Part shown: positions 10,033-22,992 of the stretch, piece by piece
Position numbering within the stretch: position 1 is the stretch's first letter
Layout of the letters: each line of letters starts with the position of its first letter
Source of the DNA: Salpingoeca rosetta
Lineage: Eukaryota; Protista; Choanoflagellata
Assembly: GCA_033442325.1 (NCBI GenBank)
Contig: JAWQFM010000036.1
Span: 314,719-378,718 of the forward strand
Length of the DNA stretch: 64,000 bases
Reading direction: 5' to 3'
Position numbers and translations under genes: made by a program
The notes under the pieces: model-generated
The model's database searches: none
What the model was told of the DNA's origin: nothing
The model's input: only the letters and a program-made list of their open reading frames with translations

Positions 10033-11045
10033 CGTGTCTCGCTGGTCGTGGTCTTGCAGTTGTGAGCTGTGATCTGAGTGGTTTGCCTGTTGACGGGAGA
10101 CGGAATAAATGACATGTTTGTTGTGTGGTTGTTTGTTGCTTGTTTGTTGCTTGTTTGTGTTGCGTCTTGTTGTTTCGTTGGTGTTCTTGTTGTAGCTTGT
10201 TTGCTGGCTGGTGCAGCGTGGCCATGTCCTTCTTTCTCTTTGAGTACACGATCGTCGCTTGTCGCTTGTTCGCAGCCACATTCAGTGAAGTTCATCATGG
10301 CCCACGCTCCGTCGTCGAGAACGCGTTGTTTTGTCCTTTCACAGTCACTTTGACTTTGGTGTGGCACTGTGCACATTTCGACACCCCCTACGACGAAACT
10401 TTGCCACGTGGCTTTGCAATCGTCGCAAAACGGGCCAAATGACCCAGTGGGCAGGCCTGTCCCGCCACACCCAGACCTTCGTCTGCCTGCCAAACAAAGG
10501 GACACGAACTGTGACGAGCCGAAGACAAAGGGAACACGTTTCGTTGTGGCATTGACACAACAACACGACGACAAAGACTGTGTTGCTTGTGTTGGCAGTG
10601 TGGAATGCTGGTCACGATCCCTTTGTGTGTCTCCGTTTGTTTTGTCTTCGTGGCCCACTGCACTACTGCAAAGCGGTGGTAGGAAGGTTTTGTTGGTGCA
10701 ACAACAAGGGTGATGTGATGCAGCGTTTGGTTGGTGCAGTGTTGGTATCGCGCTGCCACGGTGGTGGTGCAACCTGCCGCTTTCTTTCCTCCTCCCCTCA
10801 GCACGCATCCATCGTGTTTAACGTAAACAGCCAACACAGAATAGCTAGAAGTGACTAGCAAGCAAGCAAAGGTGTTCTGTTGGAGATACAGCTCTTCAGT
10901 TGACACGCAACACAATTCACAAGCATACTCCTCGCTCAAACACAAACGTGTACACCCAAACACAAACACGCACACACACAAACACGCACACATACACACG
11001 AGTACACTCACACACCCACCCACACACACACACACCCACACACAC

Positions 11046-11159
<114 letters not shown>

Positions 11160-11207
11160 AACACCTCTCCCAACACACTAACACCCCTCCCTACACACCC
11201 AGCCAAT

Positions 11208-14002
11208 TTACGAGTGAGAAGCGTTTGCAGCTCTGTCAGCATGCACAGTAACAAACACATCGGAAATGCTCTCCATGGCTTTGGCGTCTGCGCGTTCGGG
11301 AACACCATGCTCGCTGATGAGGAAGGCCTGCAGCTGCAGCATGCCTGTCAACAGGGCCTGGGGAGAGTATTTGCTTGGCGACATACTCCACGCCTGTGAG
11401 TGGGCGGACTTGACGAGCTGCGAGAAGCTCATTGTGGCCTCGCTGCTGTTGCTCGTGGCGGAGAAGTGCCTCTGAAGCGCCGGCACCAAGCCCTGGATCA
11501 GCAAGGGCACCGCCGATGCCAATTGAGATGGCCTGTAGTGGCTGAAGAAAGAGTCGTAGTACACAGAGCCGTCTGGTAGTCCCCCACTCAGAATGGAATA
11601 CGTGGACTGTAACACGCCCAGATCCAGCAGCACTTGCGCAAGCACGAGCTCCAGGAAAAAGTCGTCGCCGCGGCCGCTGGTGCTGCTGCAGAGGCGCTGC
11701 ACAGAGCCACCTCCGCCGTCACGGTGCCACGTGAGCAGTGGGACAAAGATGCGTGTCACGCCGTCCTGCTCCAGGATTTGCCGCAGCTCTGCCGCGCGAC
11801 GGGCAGCCTCTTCACCGCCGTCGGGGGCATCGGCGGCGTCGGCGGCCGCAACGCTGGTGTGGTGCGCGCCGTGGTGAGTACTATGGAGCGATGCCGCCAG
11901 CAGCTTGATATCCCGCGCGGAGAAGCGCAGCGGAATCACCTGCTCGTGGGGAAACTTGTCACGACACACGCTCTGCAGCTGCTCCAGCAAGCGGTTGGCG
12001 AGTGGTGCGTCCTCTTCCACATAGCTGATGAGGATGTAGCCGATGACGGGCTCTTTCACCAATCCCAAGCGCTGGTGAATCGTGGCCGCCATGAGGGTGA
12101 GGAACACAAGGCCCCACAACACAAACACAGCAATCGATAGCGCAAACGTGAGGCTGGGCGGGAAGTAGTTGAGTCCGTCGTCAAACAGGAATAGGGCGGG
12201 CTGCTCGGCAAACACATTGGAGAAGTTTGCCACGGCCGCCGCCGAGGCAAGCACAACCAAGAGGCAGCAGAACGTGGACACGCGTGACTGCTTGAGCCGC
12301 AGCAGACGGGAGACCGACATGCGGCCCATGCACACCTCCATCAGCCACCACACATTGAGAAACGTCAAGTGGAGCGCAAGATCCATGGTGCCCCAGAAGC
12401 GCTGGTACAGCAGGCTGGACACAAATTGTGCGTCGCCCCTATAGATTGGCGCGTTCCATCTGGGAAAGCAGGGCGTCGTGCTGTAGGCGTACGCCACAAG
12501 AAAGCAAAACAGGAACACCTGCGCCAGAAGGATGGAGCCGCCAACCGAGATCATGTGCACGAACATCTTCTCCGATGTGTCCTTGTGCGCATGGCGAAAA
12601 CGGGCGACCAGCAGCCGCTGCAAGTGCTGCAACAGTGATCCCAGAGCAAGGCCGATGAGCGCCACGCCCGGCGGGATCAGGTATTGCAAGACACCAAGGC
12701 CGATGGCGTTCTTCACAGCCACGCCTGTGAGCATGTAGAGGGAGGTGAAGGTGGTGGCGAAGAGCAGCCACTGTGGCAGCGTCGCGCGCTTGCCGCTCGC
12801 CGAGGAAAACCCAACCCACGTCCAAGCGCGCAACAGCCACCACGCCGCCCAGAGCACGCGGGGGACGTCGCTCTTTGTAAGGCTCCGGCGCCAACGTTTC
12901 TGCTGCGCTTCCCTTCCCTCTGACCCTTCGTCCTCTGTAGCGGGGAGGTCAGGGTGCGGCGTGCTCGAAGCTGGATCGCTGAGCGGCACTTGGTCATCAA
13001 AGCTGGGTTGTGGCGACACCACGCTGTTGCGGTTAATGGGGCTTGCGGTGCTGGAGGACGGATGCCTGACAAGGCCAGGTAACGTGAAGGCACTGTTGGC
13101 ACTGGCACTACCCCTGTGCGCCTCGTCCGTGCTGATGCTTTGTCGGCCTTTGCTCCCCCTGCGCCGTCTTCCATTGTGTCGAGCAGCAAGAGCGCTCAAG
13201 CGCCTGCCACACGTGCATGCTGTTGGTCCTGGGCCTGTGCCATCCGCGTCACCCATGCCACTGTCGAAGCTGGTGTTGCCGTTGCGCCCCTGCCTGCTCG
13301 CTGGCCGAGACACCGCAGCACTTGTGTCGGCAGTGGCGGCGCCCGTGTCGCCATTGGCGTTGGAATCGGTTTTCGTTTCCTTGCGTCTCTCACTTGCTGC
13401 CGCCAATCGCAACATGGCCAGCTGCCGCCAGAACGTCAGCTCGCCGGAGAGCACGAGCGCTGTCGCCGCCACGCACATGACCAGTGTACAGGCGTAGATG
13501 TGTGACTGCGTTTCGATGAAGGGGACGCTCTTTGGGTCCCCGGACTTTGTTGTTTCGCGTTCAAAGGCCTTGCCCTTGCCAAAATGGAATGGCGCAATCC
13601 TTGACGCATTGACGGTCTTGAAGTTGATGTCCGTTCCAGCAAAGGACGCGTTTGTGGCGTTGGTGGCGCACACTAAGTCTGTGGTGATCTCAAACCCACC
13701 CGCAACCAGTGCGATGGCCAGCAGACCAAGGAGCACAAGCGCCCACTGGAAGAACGCTGCCGCACGCAGTAGATCGGATGCGTCATCTACGTCGGCGTCG
13801 GCTTCGTCCTTATGACTCACTTGCTCTTGCTTCACTTCGCTGATGAGGAACGCCAAGCATGTCTCACACAAGGGTGACCTGTGTAGTACGCGAGAATGTG
13901 CAAGTGTGCAAATTGTGTGTGTGTGTGAGTGTGAGTGTGTGTGTGTGTGTGTGTGCGTGTGTGAGTGTGTGTGTGTGTGTGAGTGAGTGAGTGAGTGAGT
14001 GA

Positions 14003-14035
<33 letters not shown>

Positions 14036-14410
14036 GACATATGCATGTCAGCATATTGTGTGTGCGCCAAGTGTGGGGGGATCGTGTCGAGAAGGTGTGC
14101 ATGTGTGTCAATGCTTGCTCTTGTGTGTATGTGTGTGTGGGATCGTGTCGAGAAGGTGTGCATGTGTGTCAATGCTTGCTCTTGTGTGTGCTTGCTCTGG
14201 TGTGAGAACGCCAACTCTTCTTCGTCTTGTGTGTGCGTGTGTGCGCGTTTGCATATCATTTCCTCATTACGTGAATGCAACCCCATTCACAGACACACCG
14301 CAATCCCGCCTCACAACTCTCTTAAGGACGTACGTGGAGTGTGCTGGTGATGCGTCTTCCTCTTCACCGTCGTCGTGTTTGACGTCCTCCTCGGCCTGCG
14401 TCTGCGACAT
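11208..14410 (-). CDS. Multi-pass (~8 TM) membrane protein with C-terminal TIR-like domain, copy 2; exons 14410-14334 and 13878-11208
   Basis: The long ORF has ILISYVEED, IFVPLLTW, FFLELVLA and SILSGG. The phase-2 donor (ac|gtacgt) matches the phase-2 acceptor (cacag|g). Exon 1 is less certain. Confidence 0.82.
14078..14190 (+). repeat. ~60-bp tandem duplication (gggatcgtgtcgagaaggtgtgcatgtgtgtcaatgcttgctcttgtgtgt) inside the intron of TIR copy 2
   Basis: Two near-identical adjacent copies. Confidence 0.8.
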
Positions 14411-14970
14411 GCCTGCCCTTGCCTGCTCGTCGAGGATGGCTTGGTGTCGTGGCGTGGTGCTGTGGTGTGTCGTCTTCTTGTGTATCTGCCTTCGGTTCTC
14501 CTTAGCTCCTTGCTCCTGTTCACGTTTTTGCTGTTGCTGTTTTGCTGGCTGTCCTGTTGTGGATGAGATTGTCGTGTGGCGTGCAAACGTGCTGGCTCAC
14601 TGGCTGGCTGGTCGCGAGATGAAGGCGCGAGTGTGCACCAGCAACCCACAACGATTCGGCCACAACCACAACAAAGAAAGAGCCGTATTTGCACGCCGCA
14701 CTACCGAGTGTGATGTTGTGACCACTCCCCATACTCCCCATAAGCACAAAACCTTTGCCGGCATGCTTGGGGCATTCGCCTTCAAGGATAGGACAAGGAA
14801 ATGGGACGAACTGGGACGAATGCTTTGTCAAAGATGATCATAAAGACACACGGCAACTTTTCCGACAGGTCGTCCGCGATTCTCGACGACCCACATGTCA
14901 GCAAGACGTGCTCGCTGCTGCGCAAGCCACACAAGAAGCAAAACACGCACACAGAAGCAAACACACACGC

Positions 14971-15041
<71 letters not shown>

Positions 15042-15278
15042 ACTCACTGTCCGTTTCATGGGATCTGCTCTAAGTCTTGCATGCCTTTAGGTCTCAGCCA
15101 ACTCCCTTCTCCACTCCCCCCTTCTCCCTCTTCCAATCGCACATCATCCGAGCAGCAGCTGTCCTCCCTCCCACAAGTACACGCCTTTACACCTAATCTA
15201 TCTAAGACGGACAGCACGCGTTAGCGCGTTGGCACACAATCAAGCCTGTCCAGCAAGGAGCAACCCACCCCCCTCTCT

Positions 15279-15360
<82 letters not shown>

Positions 15361-15393
15361 GCCACACGGAGCCACACGAGACAAGGCAACATT

Positions 15394-17691
15394 ATGTTGA
15401 CCTCTTCCATCTGCACCACAGGCAAGCGCAAGCCTAAACAGCGTCGACAGCACGGCGCAGAGGCAGGGTTCGCGTCGGCGCAGTGGCTGCTGTTGGTGCT
15501 GGTATTGTGTGGACTGGGTGGCTGGGCGCTAATGGGTGAAATCCTTGAGGTCGACAACGTTTGCCCCTCCACATTATTCAACAGCAGCGACAGCGGCAAG
15601 GCCATCCCACACTTTGCCACGCCGTTTCGGCCGCCCCGGAGCAATGATTCTGATCGCCACGACAAGTTCCGCAACACCACGTCGCACGTGTACATCTCTT
15701 TGACGCTGATACCAGCGGCTGGCATGACCCTCGTCATCTCCACGCTCATCACCATTTGGAGACGCTTGGCGTCCTTGGAGACTGCCGCCGGTGAAACTGC
15801 CGGAGAGGGAGACGGAGCTGATGGAGCTGACAGGAAACCCAGTGGCTCGCCCACCAACACACCAGCTCCGGCAAAAAGCAACGAACGGTGCGCTCCCTTG
15901 CAAGGTGACCTGAGCAGTGACCCAAGCACCAATCACCAACGGCTCAATCAAGGCATGGCAACCCCCACAAGCCATCGCCAGCGTTGTGATTGCTGCTGCC
16001 TTGTTCCATGTCGAGCGGCTTCAACAACATCGTCCCTGAGCATGGACAAGGAGAATGGGGTCGCTGGTGCATGGAAGCGCGCGCTCACAAAGGCTGTGGC
16101 TTTTGGAAAAGGTTTCCTGAGTATGATGACGTGGGTGTACACCGGCCGCGACAACGCGCGCAAAGCGAGCTTGCCGCAGTGGCTGCTGTTTGCGTGCCTG
16201 CTTGGTGCTCTGTACACCTTAGTCACGTTTATGGCGAGCACGTACCCATTCGAAGATGAGCAGCCCGAGGTTCTACTCACGATCGCTGTGGTGAGTGGTG
16301 TGTGCATTGTCACCACTGCGTTTGCTGGCACGCTTCAGCAGCTGCACGTCAGCTTCCGGCAGCGATACCACTTTGAGAGTGCCCCGGACAGGGACACCGC
16401 CTTGGCGCGCCTGGTGACCTCCAGCACAACCATTTTGATTGTGCAGCTGTTCCTGTGGTGCTTCATGCTGTCGTACGCCTACGCAACGCTGCCATGCTTG
16501 CCACGATGGACAAAGAAGAAAGGTGGCATAAGTGACGATGCGCGGTACACGTTTGGCCTCCTCAGTCTGCGCTTCTGGGGCACCGTCAACCTTTCCTTCC
16601 ATTTGCTCTTCACGTTTGTGTGGTGGCTGGTGGAGGTGAGCGCCGGCCACACGTCTGTGCAGCGGCTTCTGCGCCTGAGCGCTTCACCAACGTCCGTCAC
16701 CACCGGCCTCATCATCCTGCTCAACACGGTGATTGTTGGCGGCTGCTTCTCCATGGTGTTCTCGCCGCAACCGAGCATACTGTTTGAGGACAAACCCCAG
16801 CGCAACGTTACGCCACTTCTGGCTGGACCCCTGACATATATGTTTTATCCGCTGTGGGCTGTGACGTTCCTTTTGACGTTTGGGTCCGCCATCCTCGCCG
16901 CGCTCGTGCCTGGCTTCAACAAGGACGGCGAGGGCTTCGCCGTCTTCATCAGCTACCGGCACGGCGCAGATGACAACCTTGCTGGGGTTCTCTACACGGG
17001 CATCACGTTTCAATCCCGCGAGTACCTGAGTGAGACGCAATCCCTGCGCGTGTTTCTGGATGTGGCCAAGCTCAAGGGCGGGGAGGACTGGATGGAAGGC
17101 TTCCTGCAAGCGCTGACAACATCGAAAGTGTACGTGCCCATCTTCTCCTGGTGGAGGCTTTCCGAATCCATGGCGGCAGAAGGAGAAGCAGCACCGCCCG
17201 AGTGCGTTGGGGGATCGCTCGGAACGCTGGGAGGCACCGGCCGTGACCAAGACAACTTCTTGCTGGAGCTCATCGTCGCGTATGAGCTGCTGGAGCAGGG
17301 ACACCTCGCTGCCGTTGTTCCCATCTTGTCTGGTGGCATCAGCGGCACCGACTCTTACTACTGTGACATGCTGGGCAGCACCGGTCCAAAACCGGGCGGC
17401 AGTGCCGAGGTTGAGCTGTGTTTGAGCGACGATCCCTTGGAAAAAACCAACGCAACAGCAATGCAGGTGCTCAACAACATCCCCGGCATGCGGCAGTTTG
17501 AGACAGCCCCGAGCTACTGGACGCCGCGGCAGATTGTGCGCAGGTTGCTGGACAAGGCGACGCATGGCTTTGTCATGCGTGCAGGCGAAGAACCACGGAT
17601 CTTACACGAGGACGCCGTGACAGTGATCTTGGACGCATACCGTGAACTGGACGTTCGAACGCCAGGCGAAGATACTTCTCACAAACAATGA
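15394..17691 (+). CDS. Multi-pass (~8 TM) membrane protein with canonical C-terminal TIR domain (~16936-17640), copy 3; 5' end uncertain, may have upstream exon(s)
   Basis: Eight hydrophobic segments precede AVFISYRHG...RVFLDVAKLKGGEDWMEGFLQALTTSKVYVPIFSW...FLLELIVA...VVPI, which follows the TIR_2-type motif order. Confidence 0.88.
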   Translation: MLTSSICTTGKRKPKQRRQHGAEAGFASAQWLLLVLVLCGLGGWALMGEILEVDNVCPSTLFNSSDSGKAIPHFATPFRPPRSNDSDRHDKFRNTTSHVYISLTLIPAAGMTLVISTLITIWRRLASLETAAGETAGEGDGADGADRKPSGSPTNTPAPAKSNERCAPLQGDLSSDPSTNHQRLNQGMATPTSHRQRCDCCCLVPCRAASTTSSLSMDKENGVAGAWKRALTKAVAFGKGFLSMMTWVYTGRDNARKASLPQWLLFACLLGALYTLVTFMASTYPFEDEQPEVLLTIAVVSGVCIVTTAFAGTLQQLHVSFRQRYHFESAPDRDTALARLVTSSTTILIVQLFLWCFMLSYAYATLPCLPRWTKKKGGISDDARYTFGLLSLRFWGTVNLSFHLLFTFVWWLVEVSAGHTSVQRLLRLSASPTSVTTGLIILLNTVIVGGCFSMVFSPQPSILFEDKPQRNVTPLLAGPLTYMFYPLWAVTFLLTFGSAILAALVPGFNKDGEGFAVFISYRHGADDNLAGVLYTGITFQSREYLSETQSLRVFLDVAKLKGGEDWMEGFLQALTTSKVYVPIFSWWRLSESMAAEGEAAPPECVGGSLGTLGGTGRDQDNFLLELIVAYELLEQGHLAAVVPILSGGISGTDSYYCDMLGSTGPKPGGSAEVELCLSDDPLEKTNATAMQVLNNIPGMRQFETAPSYWTPRQIVRRLLDKATHGFVMRAGEEPRILHEDAVTVILDAYRELDVRTPGEDTSHKQ

Positions 17692-17760
17692 CTGCGTTTG
17701 GGGGGGGGGTTCATTTGATGTGTTCTTGTGTGTGTGTGTGTATGTGTGTGTATGCGTTCT

Positions 17761-17798
<38 letters not shown>

Positions 17799-17836
17799 CG
17801 TTCTTGTTTGTTTGTGTATGTGTGTGTATGCGTTCT

Positions 17837-17876
<40 letters not shown>

Positions 17877-17886
17877 CGTTCTTGTT

Positions 17887-17924
<38 letters not shown>

Positions 17925-18293
17925 CTTGTGTCTGTGTTCAAAGCACGCACGCGTCGTTGTCGTTGCCACTGCTTTTTCTTGCCGCCACATCTTGTTCGAT
18001 CGAGTCTTTGCTGCTTTTTCCCCTGCTTCGTCGAGTCTTTGTGTGAAACTCGACTTGACAAGAGGTGGCGAATGCATGTCCCGGTTCGAAGGAGTTGGTC
18101 ACACCTCAACAAAGAGTCGATTATTGCAAAGCCATGCCGCAAACTTTCCTGCTCCGTGCGGGACACATGTGTCCACCAAATTTACTGTCTCGGTCCATCC
18201 CAGCATTTACCACCCCCCCCCCCACAACACACGAGCGAGACGCACCAGCCAAGCCAGAGAGAGACACGCAAACAACAAGCAAGAAGGCAAAGC

Positions 18294-21200
18294 ATGAGCG
18301 CCAACCCCAAGAGCAACACGCCAACAGCGGTGTGGGAAGGGGTTCTTGGTCGCCCTGCTGATGATGGCAATGGAGCTATGAGAGGCCGCAAAGCTTCCAT
18401 CAAGTTGACAAGCGACGATGGTGGACCCCTCGATGGCGAGACAACCACAGGCCCAGGCCTGCCCGAGATTGTGGAGAGCGGCTTTGGCTTCGACTCAGAC
18501 ACGTCTGATGGAGAACCCACCTTCGCTGCAGACGAGGAAAGGGCTCAAACCCCACGCACCGGACAAGCAGAAGACAAGAAGGCAGACTCGGACAGGTACA
18601 GGAGAGGAGAGTGTGGGGTTGTGTGCGTGTGCGTGTGCGTGTGCGTGTGTGCGTGTGCGTGTGCGTGTGCGTGTGCGTGTGCATGTGCATGTGCGTGTGC
18701 GTGTGCGTGTGCGTGTGCATGTGCATGTGCGTGTGTGTGTGCGTGTTTCATGCGACTGCGCTTGTTTCTTTTGCACATTGAGAGGTTAAGCGTAGCGTAC
18801 ACCTGTACACCCTCCGTGAACATGCACTGATGTGCTGATGTGAGGGCAACGGCATATGAACGCACGTTGCCGCATCGACATCAACAGATCACACACAAGA
18901 TCTGCACTGTGTCCTGATCGCGTCCCACATGATTTTTGCCCTGCCTCGCCCATTCAGTGGTGGGCTCCACTCATGCATCAACACACTCGCTTGCTGCAAA
19001 ACAGAGTGATCCTGGAGAGCGCGGATGGATTCGACGAAGTAGACACGAGCACGCCGCTGGCTCAAAGGGCACCCGAGATTATGGCCAAGGACGTGGACGT
19101 CTTTCGCAAGTATGTACGCTGTTCTGCTGCTGTTCTCACACCCTGCTCCATTACACCCTTCACTGCTTCTCCGCCGCAGCACACGCGCGCAAACGCACAC
19201 TTACACACAACGCTGCGCATTCACGAACGCACGCACGCATACATATGCACGCACGCACACACACACACTTACACACACACACTCACACACACACACACAC
19301 TTACACACACACACACACTCACTCACCCACAAACACACCCACAAACACACTCACACTCACTCGCCCACGCACACACACACACACCCTCTCTCTCATCCAC
19401 AAATGCACACACGCATTGTGACTCTGATCAGGTGGCAAACACGAGTGGAACACAAGGCGTCAACCGTTACGACAGAAAGCAGCGTGCAGGGCTCTGGCAG
19501 CAAAACTCGAGCCATTGCTGCCTGCCAGTGGTTCTTCGCGCTGCTGGCCTTTGGCGCGTTTGGATTTCTGCTTGGTGGTCACGTCATTTCCGCAGACTAC
19601 ATCTGCCCAGCCGGAACAGAAACCCCTTTCAAAGGCATACCGCCGGCACACTGGCCGCGTCCGTTCGAGCAACGGCGCGTTGGCGACTGGATCGACACCA
19701 GCTCCCACATCTTTGCCGTTATTTTGTCAATCCCGTTGCTCGGCACGGCGCTCTTCCTATCTCTGTTCCTGACCGTATGGACACGCTGGACACGCAGGAC
19801 TCAGATTAGCCACATGCATCGGCGTCAAAGCATCCGCAGCAGGAGGAACTCGGTGAACAAATCACTTGAGGACCACGCCACACCGGAGAAGAGCAGCGCG
19901 GCGACTTTGGTGGACAGCGACAACCCTTGCCCAAGCACGAACAAGCCGGATAGTGACGCGACAAGCACACGCGTGGATGTCACGGCGCAGGCCCAGCACG
20001 CGCATGGGTTTGCAGAAAATCCGTCCTTTGATGTTGCGGCACACACCGCAGACGGTGAGGGTGAAAGGCCGTTCGCGACACATGCTGTCAACGGCACAGG
20101 CAGTTCAGCATCGGCAACCTCAAGTGCGTTGCCGCGCAAGCCTCACGCAGTGCCCCCCACCAGCGTCGACAGCTCGGCAGCCGTGACTGACTCATACCAG
20201 CCTCCTTCGACCTCGGGCCGACGTGTGCACGTGTTGCGGTGGGCTGTGCAGTCATTTCTTTGGCTGGGCTACAGGCGCGAGGGCAGGAAGCGTGCCACCA
20301 CCCCGCAATGGGTGCTGTTTTTCTTCACGCTGTGCACGACATACGGTGTGGTGGCGATCTTTTTCGGGTCGGGTTGGACCACATTTTTCAAGCTTGCGGG
20401 CATAGGCACCTTGGCCCTCGTCCATGGATTTGTGCTCCTGCTGCAGTACGTACAAGACAGCGTGCTGTTTCGCTCACGGCAGGAGCACCCAGACACAGTG
20501 AGGCACCAGATCTTGCGCGCGACTGGCCTTTCCATGGCCGTGCTGATTGTGCAGGTGTTCCTGTGGTGCTTCTTTGTTGGGTTTGCCTACGCAACGCTGC
20601 CTTGCCTAGTGGTGCTCAAGGAAGCGGGGAACCCGTCCAAGTTTAAGCGAGAGGATCTGAAATACTTGGACGCGGTGATCAAAGTCCGCTTCTGGGGCAC
20701 GGGGAACTTGTCTCTGCACCTGCTGTTCCTGCTCGTGTGGCTGCAGCTTGAGTTTGGCAGCGGCCGATTGTCCGTGGCGCAGCTGCTGCGACTGCGTGCA
20801 TCGCCAAACGCCCTTGCGCGTGTTGTGCTCGTCGCTCTGGCCACGCTGGCCACAGCGGGAAGCTTCTCCACGGTGTTTGCTGAGCAAGGAACGCTGCTGC
20901 TCACGGTGAAGGCGTCCGAGTTTGTCATTCCCACCTTCACCATTTTCCTCAATGCCGCTGTACTGACGCTGTGGATCTTGACGTTCATTACGCTGCTCAT
21001 CTCGGTCGTGCGCAGGAAACTGCGTCGCAAGGCAGACATTGGCCGCTGGAACGTGTTTGTGAGCTCATGCAAAGATGATGCTGAGCTGCAGAATCTGCTC
21101 GCGACAAACATTCGGCTGAAGAGCGGCGACTTCCTCTCGCGCTCGCACGCGCTCTCGGTGGGCTGGCGAGGCAAGCAGCCTGAGGCCGACGATCCCGTTC

Positions 21201-21844
21201 ACACCGACGCGGAGAACGACCACCCCCTGCTGCACACGGACCTGTACGTGCCGGTTCTGTCGTGGTGGCGGAAGAACGTGGACCCTGAGATCAGCTCCTC
21301 GACGGCGGCCCGGCCCGTGGGGTCATTGGCAGATGTGGCCGCGCGCACGGGCGGCGAACTCGATGGCGACGGTGGTGGCAGCAGCAGCGGTGCTACTCAC
21401 ATGTTCCTGCTCGAGCTGATCCTCGCCTTTGAGCTGCACCGCGCGCACAAGATCAAACGCATCTTTCCCATCCTCTCGGGCGGGCTGGCGGAGAACAAGC
21501 GCTTCTACCAAGATCTTAGGGAGAACATGGGCGAGCTCCCAGACAACCTACATGGACCGACGTGTGCAAGGGCACTGGAGCTGCTCAAGGTGTGGCAGCG
21601 CACAAAGCAGGTGAACCTCAAGCTCGGCGACAAGCCCCCGCCCCATTGGTCCGCCAAGACCATCACCACGCTTGTGCTGCTGTACCCGGCATTCAACATT
21701 CACGAGCACGGAAGCGCCCGCTTCGCAAACGACAAGTCCGTTGATGCCGTGTTGCTTGCATTTGAGCGTGCCACGAAGGAGAAGGCGAGCACAAAGTCAC
21801 TTTCAGCAACCCATGCACTCTTTGATGCGCTTTTCCTTCACTGA
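18294..21844 (+). CDS. Multi-pass (~8 TM) membrane protein with C-terminal TIR-like domain, copy 4; exons 18294-18595, 19005-19109, 19432-21844
   Basis: Two phase-2 GT-AG introns join in frame. Motifs include VQVFLWCFFVGFAYATLPCL, RFWGT, NVFVSS, LYVPVLSWW, FLLELILA and IFPILSGG. Confidence 0.85.
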
Positions 21845-22601
21845 TGTGCGGGACAGTGCTGTGTGTTGGGCTGCTTTTCTCATGTGTTGTGTTGTGTTCA
21901 GTTCTCTGCTTTTCGGCACATCATGGTGAACTTTTTAGAGAATGCTTTTGTGATGTGAGACAACAACATAAACGCGCCACATCTCTTATGGAGACACGAA
22001 GGCACACACAGGCACACACAAACACAAAAGCACACATACATACATACACACAAACCGCGCGCACGCAACACACCACTACAGACTACACCACAACACATGG
22101 CGCGCGCATGTACGCACAAAATAGCAGACGTTGCTCTGAACCCTTAAACCTGCTCACGGTTTGAGTTGTTGGCGGCAAAGGAAGTGCTGTGCTCCTTCGT
22201 GCTTTGCTCCTCCTTCTTGCTGACATCAGCAAAACAATTCAATGAATGATGGGCACTCTAGGATTGCCTATGCAATGCTTTTTACTCGAATGCCAACGAC
22301 GCCTCGAATTGTGAAGTTGCCGTGTAAAACGTCCTGTTTCGAGGCGTCGTTGGTGCATGCAGGCAACACAATGACTGACGACCGCCCAGCAACCACGACC
22401 ACAACGACGGGACTGGCCGACACACGCGCACCTGGCATGCCAAGAAGCAAGCCGCACTGCGAGCCCCCAAGCCAATGAGTGTTGTGCACCAACCAGTCAA
22501 CGCATTTTCCCAACCATCTCTCTCTCGCTCCTGCCACAGACCTTGGTGTTGTTGTGCCCTTCAACCTCTCTCTCTTCTTCTTCAACCAATCGACGACGAC
22601 G

Positions 22602-22905
22602 ATGAAGGCCGCCCTGTGCGTGCTTGCTGTGGTGGCCCTGGCCGGCCTCTGCGCTCTCACCAACGCTGTGAGTTGTTTTCGATGTGTGTGTGTGTGTGCG
22701 TGAATGTGCGTGTGTGTGAATGTGAGTGTGTGAATGTCTGGTTGTGAATGTCTCGTTGTGTGTGTGTGTGAATGCATGTCGCTGTGTGTGTGAGTGTGTG
22801 TGAATGAATGTCTGGTTGTGTGTCTCTTGCTTTGGGCTTGTTAGTTGACTTTGCCCTGTCTGTCTGGTCAGCCGTGTGTCTGTCTTGAGTTGTGTGCATT
22901 GCGCG

Positions 22906-22992
<87 letters not shown>

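Noticed and set aside
10280-10860. Non-repetitive stretch with several short overlapping ORFs
   Set aside because: No motif, splice structure or codon pattern supports a gene or ncRNA. It is probably promoter or UTR sequence between the small gene and TIR copy 2.
15394-16920. Calling the TM-TIR proteins GPCRs or TLRs
   Set aside because: I count about eight hydrophobic segments in a 2+6 layout, with no GPCR motifs and no LRR or Ig ectodomain. A structure search is needed before assigning a family.
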